A stretch of DNA of 64,000 bases from Eubacteriales bacterium (GCA_045649925.1 JAZRQS010000027.1:4795-68794), one strand, 5' to 3'; positions 38,063 through 48,290 are shown, numbered from the stretch's first letter. Made by a program: numbers and translations. The notes: generated from the letters alone by a model not told the origin.

Positions 38063-39091
38063 ATGAGAGCTTTATATAAAATTTCATTTTTCCTTGTGAT
38101 TTTACTTGTTTTTGGATTTGTCGCTTTTTCTTGGTCCTGCACAAAAGACAGTGACGACTTAATTGACGGAAGAAGCGATGGGCGTATAAACATTTTGTGT
38201 ACAGGCGTAGACGAGGTGTCAAATAATACAGACACTATAATTCTTGTATCGCTCGACACAAGAGATAAGTCTGTGTGTCTTTTGCACATTCCTCGCGACA
38301 CCTATTTTGGAAAAGATACGTCAAACAACAAGATAAACAATATGTATTCCACCTACCTATCCGAAAAAGAGAGCGAGAGAGAGTCGCTTTCTCACGTCAG
38401 GGAAAGCATATCTCAGGCGTTTTCACTTCCCATACATTACTACGCCTCCTTTGGTCTTTCAGACCTTGCGGACATAGTAGACAGCTTGGGGGGAGTACAG
38501 GTAGACATTCCTTGCGATATGAATTACACAGACGAGGCGCAGGGATTGAGCATAAGCTTGAAAAAGGGTGTTCAGGTGCTCGACGGAAACGAGGCTATGC
38601 TTTTTGTAAGATACAGAAGCACGTATGTCGAGGGGGATATCGGAAGGATTGACGCGCAGAAAATTTTCATTTCGGCGCTATTTAGCAGATTAAGAGAAAA
38701 CAAGTCGCTTTCGTCCTTGACGTCTTTAGCGAGGAAAACAGTAAAGAGTGCAAAGACGGATATACCGCTTGATGTGGCACTGTCGCTCGTAAAGAGCTTC
38801 GTTGCCGACTCATCGGGATATAGCGTGACGTATATTACCTTGCCGGGCGAGGCCATAAAGGACGAGCTTGACACAGGACTTTGGTATTACGTTTTAAATC
38901 GCGCAGCGACCCTTGACGTTTTGAAAAAATATTATTCACAGGATTTCATTCCCGCCAGCTTTGACAGGGAAGAGCTTTTCGTGAATGAAAAAAATATAGG
39001 GTTTGAGAACATTTACTTCGCATCCGACTATGAATACAAAACGTATTCGGATGAGCAGATTTCTCAGATTGACATTAAGTTAGAACAATAG
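38063..39091 (+). CDS. LCP (LytR-CpsA-Psr) family cell-envelope phosphotransferase
   Basis: TM anchor followed by NILCTGVDE..NNTDTIILVSLD...LLHIPRDTY...VRYR. Start at ATG 38063 after GGAG. Confidence 0.85.
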   Translation: MRALYKISFFLVILLVFGFVAFSWSCTKDSDDLIDGRSDGRINILCTGVDEVSNNTDTIILVSLDTRDKSVCLLHIPRDTYFGKDTSNNKINNMYSTYLSEKESERESLSHVRESISQAFSLPIHYYASFGLSDLADIVDSLGGVQVDIPCDMNYTDEAQGLSISLKKGVQVLDGNEAMLFVRYRSTYVEGDIGRIDAQKIFISALFSRLRENKSLSSLTSLARKTVKSAKTDIPLDVALSLVKSFVADSSGYSVTYITLPGEAIKDELDTGLWYYVLNRAATLDVLKKYYSQDFIPASFDREELFVNEKNIGFENIYFASDYEYKTYSDEQISQIDIKLEQ

Positions 39092-39101
39092 GGAGATTAT
39101 T

Positions 39102-39506
39102 ATGCAGCAACAAAAGAATGATATTGTGCAGGAAAAAGAAATGGCGCTTTGTGCCGCAGCTGCTTTGTATGGAAAGCAGGGCATAGACATTAAGCTCTTT
39201 CATGTTACCGAGAGCACTATAGTTGCAGACTACTACGTTATATGCTCTGCTCGTTCAAGCACGCATATAAAGGCTTTGGCTGACGAGGTATGCTACAAGC
39301 TTTCACTCGCAGGCAGAGAGGCTTCTCACGTAGAAGGTCGTGACGGGGGCACTTGGGTGCTCGTAGACCTCGGTGGTGTTATAGTTCATATTTTCTCTCG
39401 TGAGGCTCGCGATTTCTATAATCTTGAGCGCTTGCAGAGCGAGGGAACGGAAATAGATCTTGCAGAGTTTTTCCGTTTGGAAGATGAAAAGAATACAAAA
39501 ATTTAA
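39102..39506 (+). CDS. rsfS: Ribosome silencing factor RsfS
   Basis: DYYVICSARSSTHIKALADEV...WVLVDLGGVIVHIF...ARDFYNLERL. Confidence 0.9.
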   Translation: MQQQKNDIVQEKEMALCAAAALYGKQGIDIKLFHVTESTIVADYYVICSARSSTHIKALADEVCYKLSLAGREASHVEGRDGGTWVLVDLGGVIVHIFSREARDFYNLERLQSEGTEIDLAEFFRLEDEKNTKI

Positions 39507-39535
39507 AATTATAAAATATAGAAAAGGCAGTTAAA

Positions 39536-41938
39536 ATGAAGTACGATTTTAAATCAATTGAACCTAAATGGCAAAAACGATGGGATGAGGCCAAGGCTTT
39601 TGAGGCAAAGAACGATTATTCATTGCCCAAGTACTTTGCACTCGTTGAGTTCCCATATCCCTCTGGACAGGGACTTCATGTAGGACATCCCCGTCCGTAC
39701 ACAGCTCTTGACATCATATCAAGAAAGAAGAGAATGCAGGGATACAACGTGCTTTTCCCTATGGGCTGGGACGCTTTTGGTCTTCCTACCGAAAACTATG
39801 CTATTAAAAATAAGATCCATCCTAAGATAGTCACAGAAAACAATGTCAGCCGCTTTAAGAGTCAGCTCAAGGCTCTTGGTCTTTCGTTTGACTGGAGCAG
39901 AGAGATAAACACCACTGACGCCGACTACTACAAGTGGACACAGTGGATATTCATTCAGCTTTTCAAGCAGGGACTCGCTTATAAGAAGCAGATGTCTGTA
40001 AACTTCTGTACCTCCTGCAAGGTCGTACTTGCAAACGAGGAGGTTGTAGGTGGTGTTTGCGAGCGCTGTGGAAGTGAAGTAATACATAAGGTAAAGGAGC
40101 AGTGGATGCTCAAGATTACCGAGTATGCGGAAAAGCTCATTTCAGGCCTCGATGGGCTTGACTACATTGAAAGAGTAAAGACACAGCAATTGAACTGGAT
40201 AGGCCGTTCTACAGGTGCCGAGGTTTCCTTTGCTACCGACTGTGGAGATGAGATAAAGGTTTATACCACCCGTCCCGATACACTTTTCGGAGCTACCTAT
40301 ATGGTAATGGCTCCCGAGCATGAGCTTATCGAAAAGTGGAAGGACAAGCTCGACAATTACGACGAGATAGTAGCCTACAGACAGGAGGCTGCAAGAAAGT
40401 CCGACTTTGAGAGAACCGAGCTTGTTAAGGATAAGACAGGTGTACGCCTTTCAGGTGTCAGCGCAATAAATCCTGTAAACGGAAAGAATATCCCGATATT
40501 CATTTCCGACTACGTGCTTGCAGGATACGGCACAGGTGCTATAATGGCAGTCCCCGCACACGATGAGCGTGACTGGGATTTTGCAAAGAAGTTCGATCTT
40601 CCCATCATCGAGGTCGTTGCAGGTGGCGACGTTCAGAACGAGGCATTCGTTGATGTCGAGTCAGGCGTTATGGTCAACTCCGAGTTCCTCGACGGACTTG
40701 AGGTCGCAGAGGCAAAGAAGAAGATAATCGAGTTCCTTACAGAAAAGGGAATAGGTGTCGCAAAGGTAAACTACAAGCTTCGTGACTGGGTATTCTCAAG
40801 ACAGCGTTATTGGGGCGAGCCCATTCCGATAGTTAAGTGTGAAAAGTGCGGCTGGGTTGCAGTTCCCGAAGAGGAGCTTCCTCTCCGTCTGCCCGATGTA
40901 GATAGCTACGAGCCTACAGAAACAGGCGAATCTCCGCTCTCTCTTATGACTGATTGGGTAAAGTGCAAGTGCCCTGAGTGTGGTGGCGATGCCACAAGAG
41001 AAACAGATACAATGCCTCAGTGGGCAGGCTCATCATGGTACTTCCTCAGATATTGCGATCCCCACAACGACAAGGCTTTGGCGTCTCCCGAGGCACTCAA
41101 GTATTGGATGCCTGTTGACTGGTACAACGGCGGTATGGAGCATACCACACTTCACCTCCTTTACTCACGCTTCTGGTCCAAGTTCCTCTACGACTCAGGC
41201 GTTGTTCCTTGCTCCGAGCCTTACCTCAAGCGTACCTCTCACGGTATGATCTTGGGTGAAAACGGCGAGAAAATGTCAAAATCCCGCGGAAACGTCGTAA
41301 ATCCCGACGATATAGTAAACGATTACGGCGCAGACACAATGCGCTTGTATGAAATGTTCATAGGCGACTTTGAAAAGTCTGCTCCTTGGAATCCCCAGAG
41401 CATCAAGGGATGCAAGCGCTTCCTCGACAGATTTGCAGGACTTACTGAAATCGTAAGCGGAAACGGCGTAACACCCGAGCTCGACAAGCCTCTCCACAAG
41501 CTCATAAAGAAGGTGGAGGAGGATATCGACTCCATGAAGTTCAATACTGCTATTGCCGCTATGATGGCGTTTATAAACACTGTCTACGAGTGCAATAAGA
41601 TAACAGTAGACGAGCTTGGTGTATTCTGTAAGCTTATGGCTCCCTTTGCACCTCACCTTGCTGAAGAGGTATGGGAGATTATCGGCAACAAGAGCTTGGT
41701 ATCAATAGAGAAGTGGCCTGAATACGATGTGACAAAGACAGTGGATGACACTGTTGAGATAGTAATGCAGATAAATGGAAAGCTACGTGGCACTATCGTT
41801 ATTGCAAAGGGCATCTCAAATGATGAGATCCTTTCTGCAGTAAAGGCAGATGAGAGAATTTCCGCAGCTATCGATGGTAAGACGATAGTAAAAGAGATCG
41901 TTGTTCCCGGCAGACTTGTCAATATAGTAGTAAGATAA
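39536..41938 (+). CDS. leuS: Leucine--tRNA ligase
   Basis: HVGHPRPYT (HIGH) and KMSKSRGN (KMSKS), 800 aa, CP1 editing domain. Confidence 0.95.
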   Translation: MKYDFKSIEPKWQKRWDEAKAFEAKNDYSLPKYFALVEFPYPSGQGLHVGHPRPYTALDIISRKKRMQGYNVLFPMGWDAFGLPTENYAIKNKIHPKIVTENNVSRFKSQLKALGLSFDWSREINTTDADYYKWTQWIFIQLFKQGLAYKKQMSVNFCTSCKVVLANEEVVGGVCERCGSEVIHKVKEQWMLKITEYAEKLISGLDGLDYIERVKTQQLNWIGRSTGAEVSFATDCGDEIKVYTTRPDTLFGATYMVMAPEHELIEKWKDKLDNYDEIVAYRQEAARKSDFERTELVKDKTGVRLSGVSAINPVNGKNIPIFISDYVLAGYGTGAIMAVPAHDERDWDFAKKFDLPIIEVVAGGDVQNEAFVDVESGVMVNSEFLDGLEVAEAKKKIIEFLTEKGIGVAKVNYKLRDWVFSRQRYWGEPIPIVKCEKCGWVAVPEEELPLRLPDVDSYEPTETGESPLSLMTDWVKCKCPECGGDATRETDTMPQWAGSSWYFLRYCDPHNDKALASPEALKYWMPVDWYNGGMEHTTLHLLYSRFWSKFLYDSGVVPCSEPYLKRTSHGMILGENGEKMSKSRGNVVNPDDIVNDYGADTMRLYEMFIGDFEKSAPWNPQSIKGCKRFLDRFAGLTEIVSGNGVTPELDKPLHKLIKKVEEDIDSMKFNTAIAAMMAFINTVYECNKITVDELGVFCKLMAPFAPHLAEEVWEIIGNKSLVSIEKWPEYDVTKTVDDTVEIVMQINGKLRGTIVIAKGISNDEILSAVKADERISAAIDGKTIVKEIVVPGRLVNIVVR

Positions 41939-42014
41939 TTTCACTATTATGGCGGATGCGCAGGTATAAATTGTGTATCCGCCATGTTTTTTCAAAAATA
42001 AATAAATATTTTTG

Positions 42015-42043
42015 AAAAAACTATTGACATTCAAATAATAGTA
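42015..42043 (+). promoter_or_regulatory. Consensus sigma-A promoter of the rplU-prp-rpmA operon
   Basis: TTGACA (42015-42020), 17 nt, TATAAT (42038-42043), preceded by AAAAAACTA. Confidence 0.8.
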
Positions 42044-42049
42044 TTGTAT

Positions 42050-42122
42050 AATATTACGACGCATATTTGTAGGCTTTAAGTTCGCTTGCGACGCCTACCG
42101 TAGCGATTATTTATGAAAGAGA
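42050..42122 (+). promoter_or_regulatory. Structured rplU 5' leader (candidate L21-leader element)
   Basis: Hairpin GTAGGC (42069-42074) ... GCCTAC (42093-42098) with an inner TCGC/GCGA stem, between the promoter and the rplU SD. Firmicute rplU operons carry an L21 leader. Confidence 0.4.
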
Positions 42123-42132
42123 GGTGCTTTTC

Positions 42133-42444
42133 GTGTTCGCAGTAATTGAAACAGGTGGAAAGCAGTACAAGGTTAACGAAGGCGACGTAATTTACGTTGA
42201 GAAGCTCAACATTGCTGATGGCGAGCAGGTAACTTTTGATAAGGTTCTTGCTGTATCCGCAGATGATAAGTTCTCTGTAGGCGCTCCCTATGTTGAAGGT
42301 GCTTCTGTTGTTGCTAATGTTCTCAAGACAGGCAAGGGCAAGAAGTTGTATGTTTTCAAATACAAGCCTAAGAAGAATGAAAAGAAGAAGATAGGACACA
42401 GACAGTTCTATACTAAGGTTCAGATCACAAAGATCGTAGGTTAA
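42133..42444 (+). CDS. rplU: 50S ribosomal protein L21
   Basis: (M)[28 protein letters not shown] at 42133 lies 8 nt after AGAGAGG. The tracked GTG at 42124 is also possible. Confidence 0.95.
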   Translation: MFAVIETGGKQYKVNEGDVIYVEKLNIADGEQVTFDKVLAVSADDKFSVGAPYVEGASVVANVLKTGKGKKLYVFKYKPKKNEKKKIGHRQFYTKVQITKIVG

Positions 42445-42447
42445 TTT

Positions 42448-42813
42448 ATGACAAGAATCGTTTTTTATAAGACAGACGGTGTTTTTTACGGCTTTGAAGA
42501 GCATGGCCACACAGGCTATGGTGAAGCCGGAGATGATGTGCTTTGCGCGGCGCTTTCAGCTATGACAATGCTTATACTCAATGCTATTGAGGTTTCTTAT
42601 GCCTCCGACATTGATTATACGATAGATGAAAAGACGACGGATATAAAGCTCATTGCAAAGGGCGCTTTGCCTCAGTACGAGGAAGACGATAAGAAGCGTT
42701 ATGCCGTTTCAGGTCTTATAATGGCTTATTACTATCAGTTGAATGACCTTGTTGAAGAGTATTATGAATATCTCTCGGTAGAGGTCGAGGAAAGACCGAT
42801 AGAGGATAAGTGA
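42448..42813 (+). CDS. prp: Ribosomal-processing cysteine protease Prp (YsxB)
   Basis: GFEEHGHTGYGEAGDDVLCAALSAM (His/Cys dyad region). It sits between rplU and rpmA. Confidence 0.85.
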   Translation: MTRIVFYKTDGVFYGFEEHGHTGYGEAGDDVLCAALSAMTMLILNAIEVSYASDIDYTIDEKTTDIKLIAKGALPQYEEDDKKRYAVSGLIMAYYYQLNDLVEEYYEYLSVEVEERPIEDK

Positions 42814-42862
42814 GATTCACAACTTCAAATTGTCGAATTAGGAATAATGGAGGTGCTAAATA

Positions 42863-43141
42863 ATGATTAAGCTCAGTTTGCAATTTTTTGCTCACAAAAA
42901 GGGTGTTGGTTCTACAAAGAACGGCCGTGATAGCGAGTCCAAGCGCCTTGGCGTAAAGAGAGCTGACGGACAGGCTGTATTGGCTGGCAACATTCTCGTT
43001 AGACAGCGTGGAACAAAGATTGCTCCCGGTGTCAATGTAGCACGTGGTTCAGATGATACATTGTTTGCTCTTGTAGACGGTAAGGTAAAGTTTGAGCACG
43101 TTACAAAGGATAAGAAGCGTGTCAGCGTATATGCTGAGTAA
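42863..43141 (+). CDS. rpmA: 50S ribosomal protein L27 with an N-terminal propeptide
   Basis: [24 protein letters not shown]. The Firmicute-type extension precedes the AHKK mature N-terminus. Confidence 0.95.
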   Translation: MIKLSLQFFAHKKGVGSTKNGRDSESKRLGVKRADGQAVLAGNILVRQRGTKIAPGVNVARGSDDTLFALVDGKVKFEHVTKDKKRVSVYAE

Positions 43142-43150
43142 ATAATTTGA

Positions 43151-43179
43151 AAAAGAGTAGTTTTTTGCTGCTCTTTTTT
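43151..43179 (+). terminator. Intrinsic terminator after rpmA
   Basis: AAAAGAGTAG-loop-CTGCTCTTTTTT. The stem is short and is followed by a T-run. Confidence 0.6.
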
Positions 43180-43210
43180 GCTATCTAAACAATATATTAA
43201 GGAGAGAATT

Positions 43211-44230
43211 ATGGCAGTATTAGTTACAGGCGGAACTGGTTTTATCGGTTCTCATGCAGTAGTTGAGCTCATAAATGACGGACAGGAAGTAGTAATCGTA
43301 GATAACTTGTCCAACAGTAAGATCTGCGTTCTTGACAGAATAGAAAAAATAACAGGAAAAAGACCTACCTTCTACAAGGTAGACCTTCTCGATGAGGTTG
43401 CTCTTGACGAGGTTTTTGCCAAGCATCCCGAAATTGATTCCGTTATACATTTTGCAGGCTTGAAGGCAGTAGGCGAGTCTGTATCACTTCCTCTCAAGTA
43501 TTATCACAACAACTTGACGGGTACATTTGTTTTGTGCGAGAAGATGATCAAGTACGGCGTAAAGCGTATTGTTTTCAGCTCCTCTGCGACAGTTTACGGC
43601 GCACCTAAGTCTGTTCCGATAAGCGAGGATTTCCCACTGTCAACGACAAATCCTTATGGCGAAACAAAGCTCATGATAGAGAGAATTCTGAAGGATATTA
43701 CTGTAGCTTATCCCGAAATGAGCGTTGCCATTTTGAGATACTTCAATCCTATAGGAGCGCATGAGAGCGGTCTTATAGGTGAGGATCCCAAGGGCATACC
43801 GAACAACCTTTTGCCCTACGTTGCAAAGGTAGCTTTTGGAAAGCTCGATTGCCTCAAGGTGTTCGGTAACGATTATGATACCCACGACGGCACAGGCGTA
43901 CGTGACTTCATTCACGTAGTAGATCTTGCAAAGGCTCATCTCAAGGCTTTGGATAGAACAAAGGTAGTTTGTGGCATCGATTACTTCAACGTCGGAACAG
44001 GAAACGGATACTCCGTTCTCGATATCGTAAAGGCGTTTGAAGAGGCGTGTGGCAACAAAGTTAAGTATGAGTTTGCTCCCAGACGCGCAGGCGACATCGG
44101 AGAATGCTATGCTGATCCTAAAAAGGCCTATGAGCTTCTTGGTTGGCGTGCAGAGTACGATATCAAGCGTATGTGCGCAGATGCGGCAAGATGGCAGAAA
44201 AACAACCCCGACGGATATCCTGAGGAGTAA
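43211..44230 (+). CDS. galE: UDP-glucose 4-epimerase
   Basis: [30 protein letters not shown] (YxxxK), 339 aa. Start at ATG 43211 after GGAGAG. Confidence 0.9.
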   Translation: MAVLVTGGTGFIGSHAVVELINDGQEVVIVDNLSNSKICVLDRIEKITGKRPTFYKVDLLDEVALDEVFAKHPEIDSVIHFAGLKAVGESVSLPLKYYHNNLTGTFVLCEKMIKYGVKRIVFSSSATVYGAPKSVPISEDFPLSTTNPYGETKLMIERILKDITVAYPEMSVAILRYFNPIGAHESGLIGEDPKGIPNNLLPYVAKVAFGKLDCLKVFGNDYDTHDGTGVRDFIHVVDLAKAHLKALDRTKVVCGIDYFNVGTGNGYSVLDIVKAFEEACGNKVKYEFAPRRAGDIGECYADPKKAYELLGWRAEYDIKRMCADAARWQKNNPDGYPEE

Positions 44231-44233
44231 TAG

Positions 44234-44266
44234 AAAAACCGCTGTAGATTTCTACAGCGGTTTTTT
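44234..44266. terminator. Bidirectional intrinsic terminator (galE / NUDIX convergent)
   Basis: CCGCTGTAGA / TCTACAGCGG 10-bp arms flanked by A5 and T6. Confidence 0.85.
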
Positions 44267-44274
44267 GTTTGCTT

Positions 44275-44745
44275 TTATATAATTCTTTTTCCGTCGAGTG
44301 TGGCAGACACGAGGCGCTCGTTTTTGTCATATACGAGCTTGAGTGAGAAAAAGTCCTCTCTTGTATTCAGCAGCTCGAGGAATATCTTGTCTCCTTCCCA
44401 CAAGGGAAGGTCTTTTACTTCTTGCTTTTTTACCCAGCATACGACGCCCTCATTGCATTCCGAAACAGTTCCCGAAAAATCATCGGATGTAAAAAGGTGC
44501 ATATACTCTGTTTCCCATATGTCGCTGACAAAGGTGATGATGGCACGATATTTATATGAGTTAAGCGTAAGACCTACCTCTTCCTTCACCTCACGAAGCA
44601 GACACTCATCGGGGGACTCGTCCTTTTCAAACTTTCCGCCTATGCCTATCCATTTGTCCTTGTTTTCGTCATTTTCTCGCTTGATGCGGTGTAGCATCAG
44701 ATATGAGTCGTCTTTTTCAATATAGCATAGCGTGGAAAGCTTCAT
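44275..44745 (-). CDS. NUDIX hydrolase (MutT/NUDT1-like)
   Basis: Perfect Nudix box GKFEKDESPDECLLREVKEEVGL (Gx5Ex7REUxEExGU). A GAGG SD overlaps the queT stop, with a 7-nt gap. Confidence 0.85.
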   Translation of the reverse strand: MKLSTLCYIEKDDSYLMLHRIKRENDENKDKWIGIGGKFEKDESPDECLLREVKEEVGLTLNSYKYRAIITFVSDIWETEYMHLFTSDDFSGTVSECNEGVVCWVKKQEVKDLPLWEGDKIFLELLNTREDFFSLKLVYDKNERLVSATLDGKRII

Positions 44746-44752
44746 AACAACC

Positions 44753-45247
44753 TCATTTTTTGAAAATAATATGCTTGTACTTTTCCAAGCAGAAGAGCAG
44801 CGCAGTTCCCATCACTCCGCAGGAGATGATTTCTCCGAGCAATACAGAGGCGAGTAGCACATGGTATGAGCTTGCTTCACCATATGCATATATAAGCACG
44901 AATGGGACAATGACAGAGTTCGATACTATGTTTGGTAAGCATGCGAGCCATTTCGGACAAATCCTTCTTGTTCCATATACGACGAGTGCACCGAGCAGGG
45001 TTGCCATGCTGCCGAAGATTATATCCCAAATAACACAGCCTGTCAGAATGTTTGATAGCAGGCAGCCGATAAACAGACCTGGAATGGCGGCAGGAGTGAA
45101 GTAAGGCAAAATTGCCAAGGCCTCGGAAAAACGGACTTGTATCGGCCCATTTGCCAGATTGAACGAAAACGCCAGATAGGTCAGCGCTACGTAGAGCGCA
45201 GCAATAATGGCGCTCTGAGTCATGAACGACACTTTTTTTGAGTACAT
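44753..45247 (-). CDS. queT: Queuosine-precursor transporter QueT (ECF S-component type)
   Basis: Five to six TM segments. TQSAIIAALYVALTYL...GPIQVRFSEALAILPYFTPAAIPGLFIGCLLSN is QueT-like. It is preceded by a preQ1 riboswitch. Confidence 0.8.
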   Translation of the reverse strand: MYSKKVSFMTQSAIIAALYVALTYLAFSFNLANGPIQVRFSEALAILPYFTPAAIPGLFIGCLLSNILTGCVIWDIIFGSMATLLGALVVYGTRRICPKWLACLPNIVSNSVIVPFVLIYAYGEASSYHVLLASVLLGEIISCGVMGTALLFCLEKYKHIIFKK

Positions 45248-45254
45248 TTTATTT

Positions 45255-45296
45255 CTCCTTAGTTTTGTTTTAGGTGAGGATGGTCACGAACTCACC
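45255..45296 (-). promoter_or_regulatory. preQ1-I riboswitch (translational, SD-sequestering)
   Basis: The minus strand reads GGUGAG-UUCGUGACCAUC-CUCACC-UAAAACAAAACUAAGGAG. Compare B. subtilis AGAGG-UUCUAGCUACAC-CCUCU-AUAAAAAACUAAGG and T. tengcongensis ...CCCAGUUAACAAAACAAGG. The AAGGAG SD lies 7 nt from the queT ATG. Confidence 0.8.
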
Positions 45297-45307
45297 GTTT
45301 TATATAT

Positions 45308-46189
45308 TTATTTCAGCAATGCGCCGAAATTCAATATATCAAGAATGATTCCAAAGACAATACCGATGGCATAAAGTGAAGTAAGCAAGAGAATGTTTTC
45401 CTTTAAGTGCTTGTTTGTGCGGAAGAGCACAAGGACACCGACGCCTGAGCCTACGAGCAGACCTGACATCATCGCACCGGCGGAAATTACATTGCCAAGG
45501 TAAAGCTCTGTTATGACAACAGATGCGGCACAGCTTGGGATAATTCCTATCAAGCCACAAATAAGCTGGCCTATTACAGGCTTGGAGATTACAAGAGAAG
45601 CTATCGCCTCCTCGCCGACATTGTGTATGATAAGGTCGAGGGCAAGTATAATAATGAATATATAGAGATAAACGCTGAAGGTGTGGCGCAATGCGGAGGG
45701 GAAAATTCCCTTATCACAGTTGCAGTTTTCGTGCTCGCACATTTCCTCTACGCAAATGCTCTCTTCGTTTCTTTTTGCTCTGAATATGAAATCAAGGATA
45801 AATCCACCCAAAGCTCCTAAAACAAGCTTTGTGACAATTACAATAATAAGATTAGATACAGGCACCTGTCTGCTTATCATTATCGGTATCATCTCGTCTG
45901 AGGTCGAGAGAAATACAGCGATAAGCGTGCCGAGCGTAATAACTCTGCCCGAATACAGACTGCTCGCCATAGCGGAAAATCCACACTGTGGCACTATGCC
46001 TGTCGTAGCGCCTATCAACGGGCCTACCTTGGTGGATTTTTTTATAAATGTTATGAGCTTGTCCCCCGTCTTGTGCTCGAGGTATTCCATAAAGAGATAA
46101 GTCAAGAAAAGAAAGGGAAGTATCAATATCGTTTCTTCCAATGCGTGAGGAAGAATATCGAAAATAAGTTCGTGAAAAAATTCTGACAT
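45308..46189 (-). CDS. Polytopic membrane protein of the putative 10-TM metal (Mn/As-annotated) transporter family
   Basis: MSEFFHELIFDILPHALEETILILPFLFLTYLFMEYLEHK...IVPQCGFSAMAS...STSDEMIP pattern, with an internal His/Cys-rich loop CVEEMCEHENCNCDKG. Start at ATG 46189. Confidence 0.6.
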   Translation of the reverse strand: MSEFFHELIFDILPHALEETILILPFLFLTYLFMEYLEHKTGDKLITFIKKSTKVGPLIGATTGIVPQCGFSAMASSLYSGRVITLGTLIAVFLSTSDEMIPIMISRQVPVSNLIIVIVTKLVLGALGGFILDFIFRAKRNEESICVEEMCEHENCNCDKGIFPSALRHTFSVYLYIFIIILALDLIIHNVGEEAIASLVISKPVIGQLICGLIGIIPSCAASVVITELYLGNVISAGAMMSGLLVGSGVGVLVLFRTNKHLKENILLLTSLYAIGIVFGIILDILNFGALLK

Positions 46190-46309
46190 GCAAAGTCCTC
46201 TGAAAATAATAATACACACTATTTTAATACTTTTTTGCGATTTTGTCAAGTTAAAAGCCCCAAAAAGCGATTGTTTTTGACAGTTTTATTTCAAATTTGC
46301 TTGCCTGTA

Positions 46310-46338
46310 TTGAAAAAGTCAAATTAAAATGATATACT
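46310..46338 (+). promoter_or_regulatory. Sigma-A promoter of the B12-radical SAM gene
   Basis: TTGAAA (46310-46315), 17 nt, TGaTATACT (hexamer 46333-46338). Confidence 0.6.
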
Positions 46339-46360
46339 GAAGGCAAGTATGAGGTGAGAA

Positions 46361-48070
46361 ATGAAAAAAATACTGTTTTGTACTTTAAATTCTAAATATA
46401 TACATTCCTCGCTCGCTCCATGGTATTTGTGTTCAGCGGTAGAAGAATTGTCTTGTGGTGACTATGACGTCGATGTCCTTGAGGCTACTGTAAATGAGCC
46501 TATAGAAAAGGTCACAGCTCGCATAGTGGCACAAAGACCCGATTTTATAGGTTTTTCTGTTTATATATGGAACAGGACCTCGACCTTTGAAATCATAGAA
46601 AGAGTAAAGGCTCAATTGCCGAGCGCCAAGATAGTAGTCGGTGGCCCTGAGGTAGCATACGACATAAAAGCGACAATGCGACACACCGAGCTCGATTACG
46701 TCATTTCAGGAGAAGGGGAGTGGCCCGTTTCTCTGCTTGTGGATAAGCTTTTTGGAGAAGAAAGCATAGGTGACATCGCAGGTGTCAGCTATCGCAAGGC
46801 AAATGGCGAGATACATATAGCAGAGCCTTATATATCCGAGTGTGATCCGCCGAATCCCTATACAGAAAAATACTTGTCCTCACTCAACGGCAGGATAGCT
46901 TACCTTGAAACATCTCGTGGGTGTCCCTATAATTGCGCATACTGCCTTTCGGGCCGTTGTGGAGGCGTGAGATTTTTCGATATTGATGAGGCAAAGGCAA
47001 ATATGCTCCTCCTGGCAAACAGTGGCACAAGGACAGTAAAGCTCGTAGATAGAACCTTCAATGCCGACAAAAATCGTGCGTGCGAGCTTTTCCTTTTTAT
47101 AATCGAAAGATACGGAAAAGAAATTCCCGACACTGTATGCTTCCATTTTGAGATTTCTGCCGACATTTTAGATGAGGAAACAATAGAAATTTTGCATTCC
47201 GCTCCTGTCGGCGCAATACAGCTTGAGATAGGAATACAGTCCTACAACAATGAATGTCTCGCTGATATAAACAGAAAAAGCGACCTTGACAGGCTTGATG
47301 AAAATATCAGAAAGATTTTAGAAGTTGACAACATACACGTTCACATCGACCTGATAGCAGGACTTCCAAGAGAGGATATAGAGAGCTTTTCACGTGGCTT
47401 TGACAGAGCTTATGGACTTGGGGCAGATATGCTTCAGTTGGGATTTTTAAAATTGCTTCACGGAAGTGAGATGAGAGAGAAAAAGGAGAGCTTTGTGAGT
47501 GAATTTAGCGAATCGCCACCTTATGAGGTCAGCTCGACGCCGTGGCTGACACAAGGCGACCTTGAGATTTTACACAGTATAGAGGACTCTCTTGAACGAC
47601 TCTCAAACAGCGCTAGATTTTCTCGCACGCTGAAGTATATATTCGAAGATGCGGGATATACGCCCTATGAATTTTTCAAAGAATTCGGAGCTTATTCAAA
47701 GGCAGATTGCGAAAACAGAGCATCGCTTGAAAAATACACAGATACTCTATACACCTTTCTTGCAGACAAAAAGGGCTTGGATAAATTAGTGGTGCGCGAC
47801 TGTATGATTTTGGACCGAATGGAAAATTGCTCTACAGGATATGTGCCACTTTCGCTTCGTATAGAGGATAAAGCTCTATCCATGGCAAAAAAGGCACTCG
47901 ACAGACTTGACGGGCATAAGTCGAAAAGGGGCGTGAAAAGAATGGTCGCAATACTGTATTCTATGCGCAAGGTAGCTTATGTAGATTATGAGCAAGAGAG
48001 TGTCACGTGCGATAAGTATAGAAGGTATATTGTAAATATGCTTGATTATGATGAGCTGCTAAAAAAATAA
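46361..48070 (+). CDS. B12-binding-domain radical SAM protein with a DUF4080-like C-terminal region
   Basis: The N-terminal Rossmann-like B12 domain lies about 180 aa before ETSRGCPYNCAYC (Cx3Cx2C). The C-terminal domain is long. Confidence 0.75.
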   Translation: MKKILFCTLNSKYIHSSLAPWYLCSAVEELSCGDYDVDVLEATVNEPIEKVTARIVAQRPDFIGFSVYIWNRTSTFEIIERVKAQLPSAKIVVGGPEVAYDIKATMRHTELDYVISGEGEWPVSLLVDKLFGEESIGDIAGVSYRKANGEIHIAEPYISECDPPNPYTEKYLSSLNGRIAYLETSRGCPYNCAYCLSGRCGGVRFFDIDEAKANMLLLANSGTRTVKLVDRTFNADKNRACELFLFIIERYGKEIPDTVCFHFEISADILDEETIEILHSAPVGAIQLEIGIQSYNNECLADINRKSDLDRLDENIRKILEVDNIHVHIDLIAGLPREDIESFSRGFDRAYGLGADMLQLGFLKLLHGSEMREKKESFVSEFSESPPYEVSSTPWLTQGDLEILHSIEDSLERLSNSARFSRTLKYIFEDAGYTPYEFFKEFGAYSKADCENRASLEKYTDTLYTFLADKKGLDKLVVRDCMILDRMENCSTGYVPLSLRIEDKALSMAKKALDRLDGHKSKRGVKRMVAILYSMRKVAYVDYEQESVTCDKYRRYIVNMLDYDELLKK

Positions 48071-48072
48071 AA

Positions 48073-48094
48073 AAGTAAATCTATTTACTTTTTT
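48073..48094 (+). terminator. Weak AT-rich intrinsic terminator
   Basis: AAGTAAAT-CT-ATTTACTT followed by TTTT. Confidence 0.45.
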
Positions 48095-48112
48095 CGATTA
48101 TTATGTTATACT
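48085..48112 (+). promoter_or_regulatory. Candidate mgtE promoter with an extended -10
   Basis: TTACTT (48085-48090), 16 nt, TGtTATACT (hexamer 48107-48112). Confidence 0.45.
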
Positions 48113-48113
48113 T

Positions 48114-48137
48114 TATAAGTAATTATATAAGTAATTA
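48114..48137 (+). repeat. Perfect 12-nt tandem duplication TATAAGTAATTA x2 at the predicted mgtE transcription start
   Basis: Read directly: 48114-48125 equals 48126-48137. Confidence 0.9.
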
Positions 48138-48252
48138 TCTGTATTTTCTTTCATTGAGGGGTGATATTGTGGACACTTATGGGCATAGTAAATTTGCGGG
48201 AAACGGCGGTTTTCACTTTGAATTGTCACATACAGTAGTCTGAATGTCACGA

Positions 48253-48290
48253 CGGCACGCGGACTTTTGTTTGTGTGCCGCTTTCTTTTT
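48253..48290 (+). terminator. Leader (attenuator) terminator upstream of mgtE
   Basis: CGGCACGC (48253-48260) pairs with GTGTGCCG (48273-48280), with one G-U pair and a 12-nt loop. CTTTCTTTTT follows. The element ends about 40 nt before the mgtE ATG. Confidence 0.6.

Noticed and set aside
48140-48252. Canonical M-box riboswitch upstream of mgtE
   Set aside because: I expected one here, but the conserved blocks (GUUAGGUGAGGC ... GCCC ... GACG ... AAUGGGU ... GUGCUAAAGCUC-ACG) are not present in order by eye. It is reported instead as an unexplained leader. A covariance-model search is needed.
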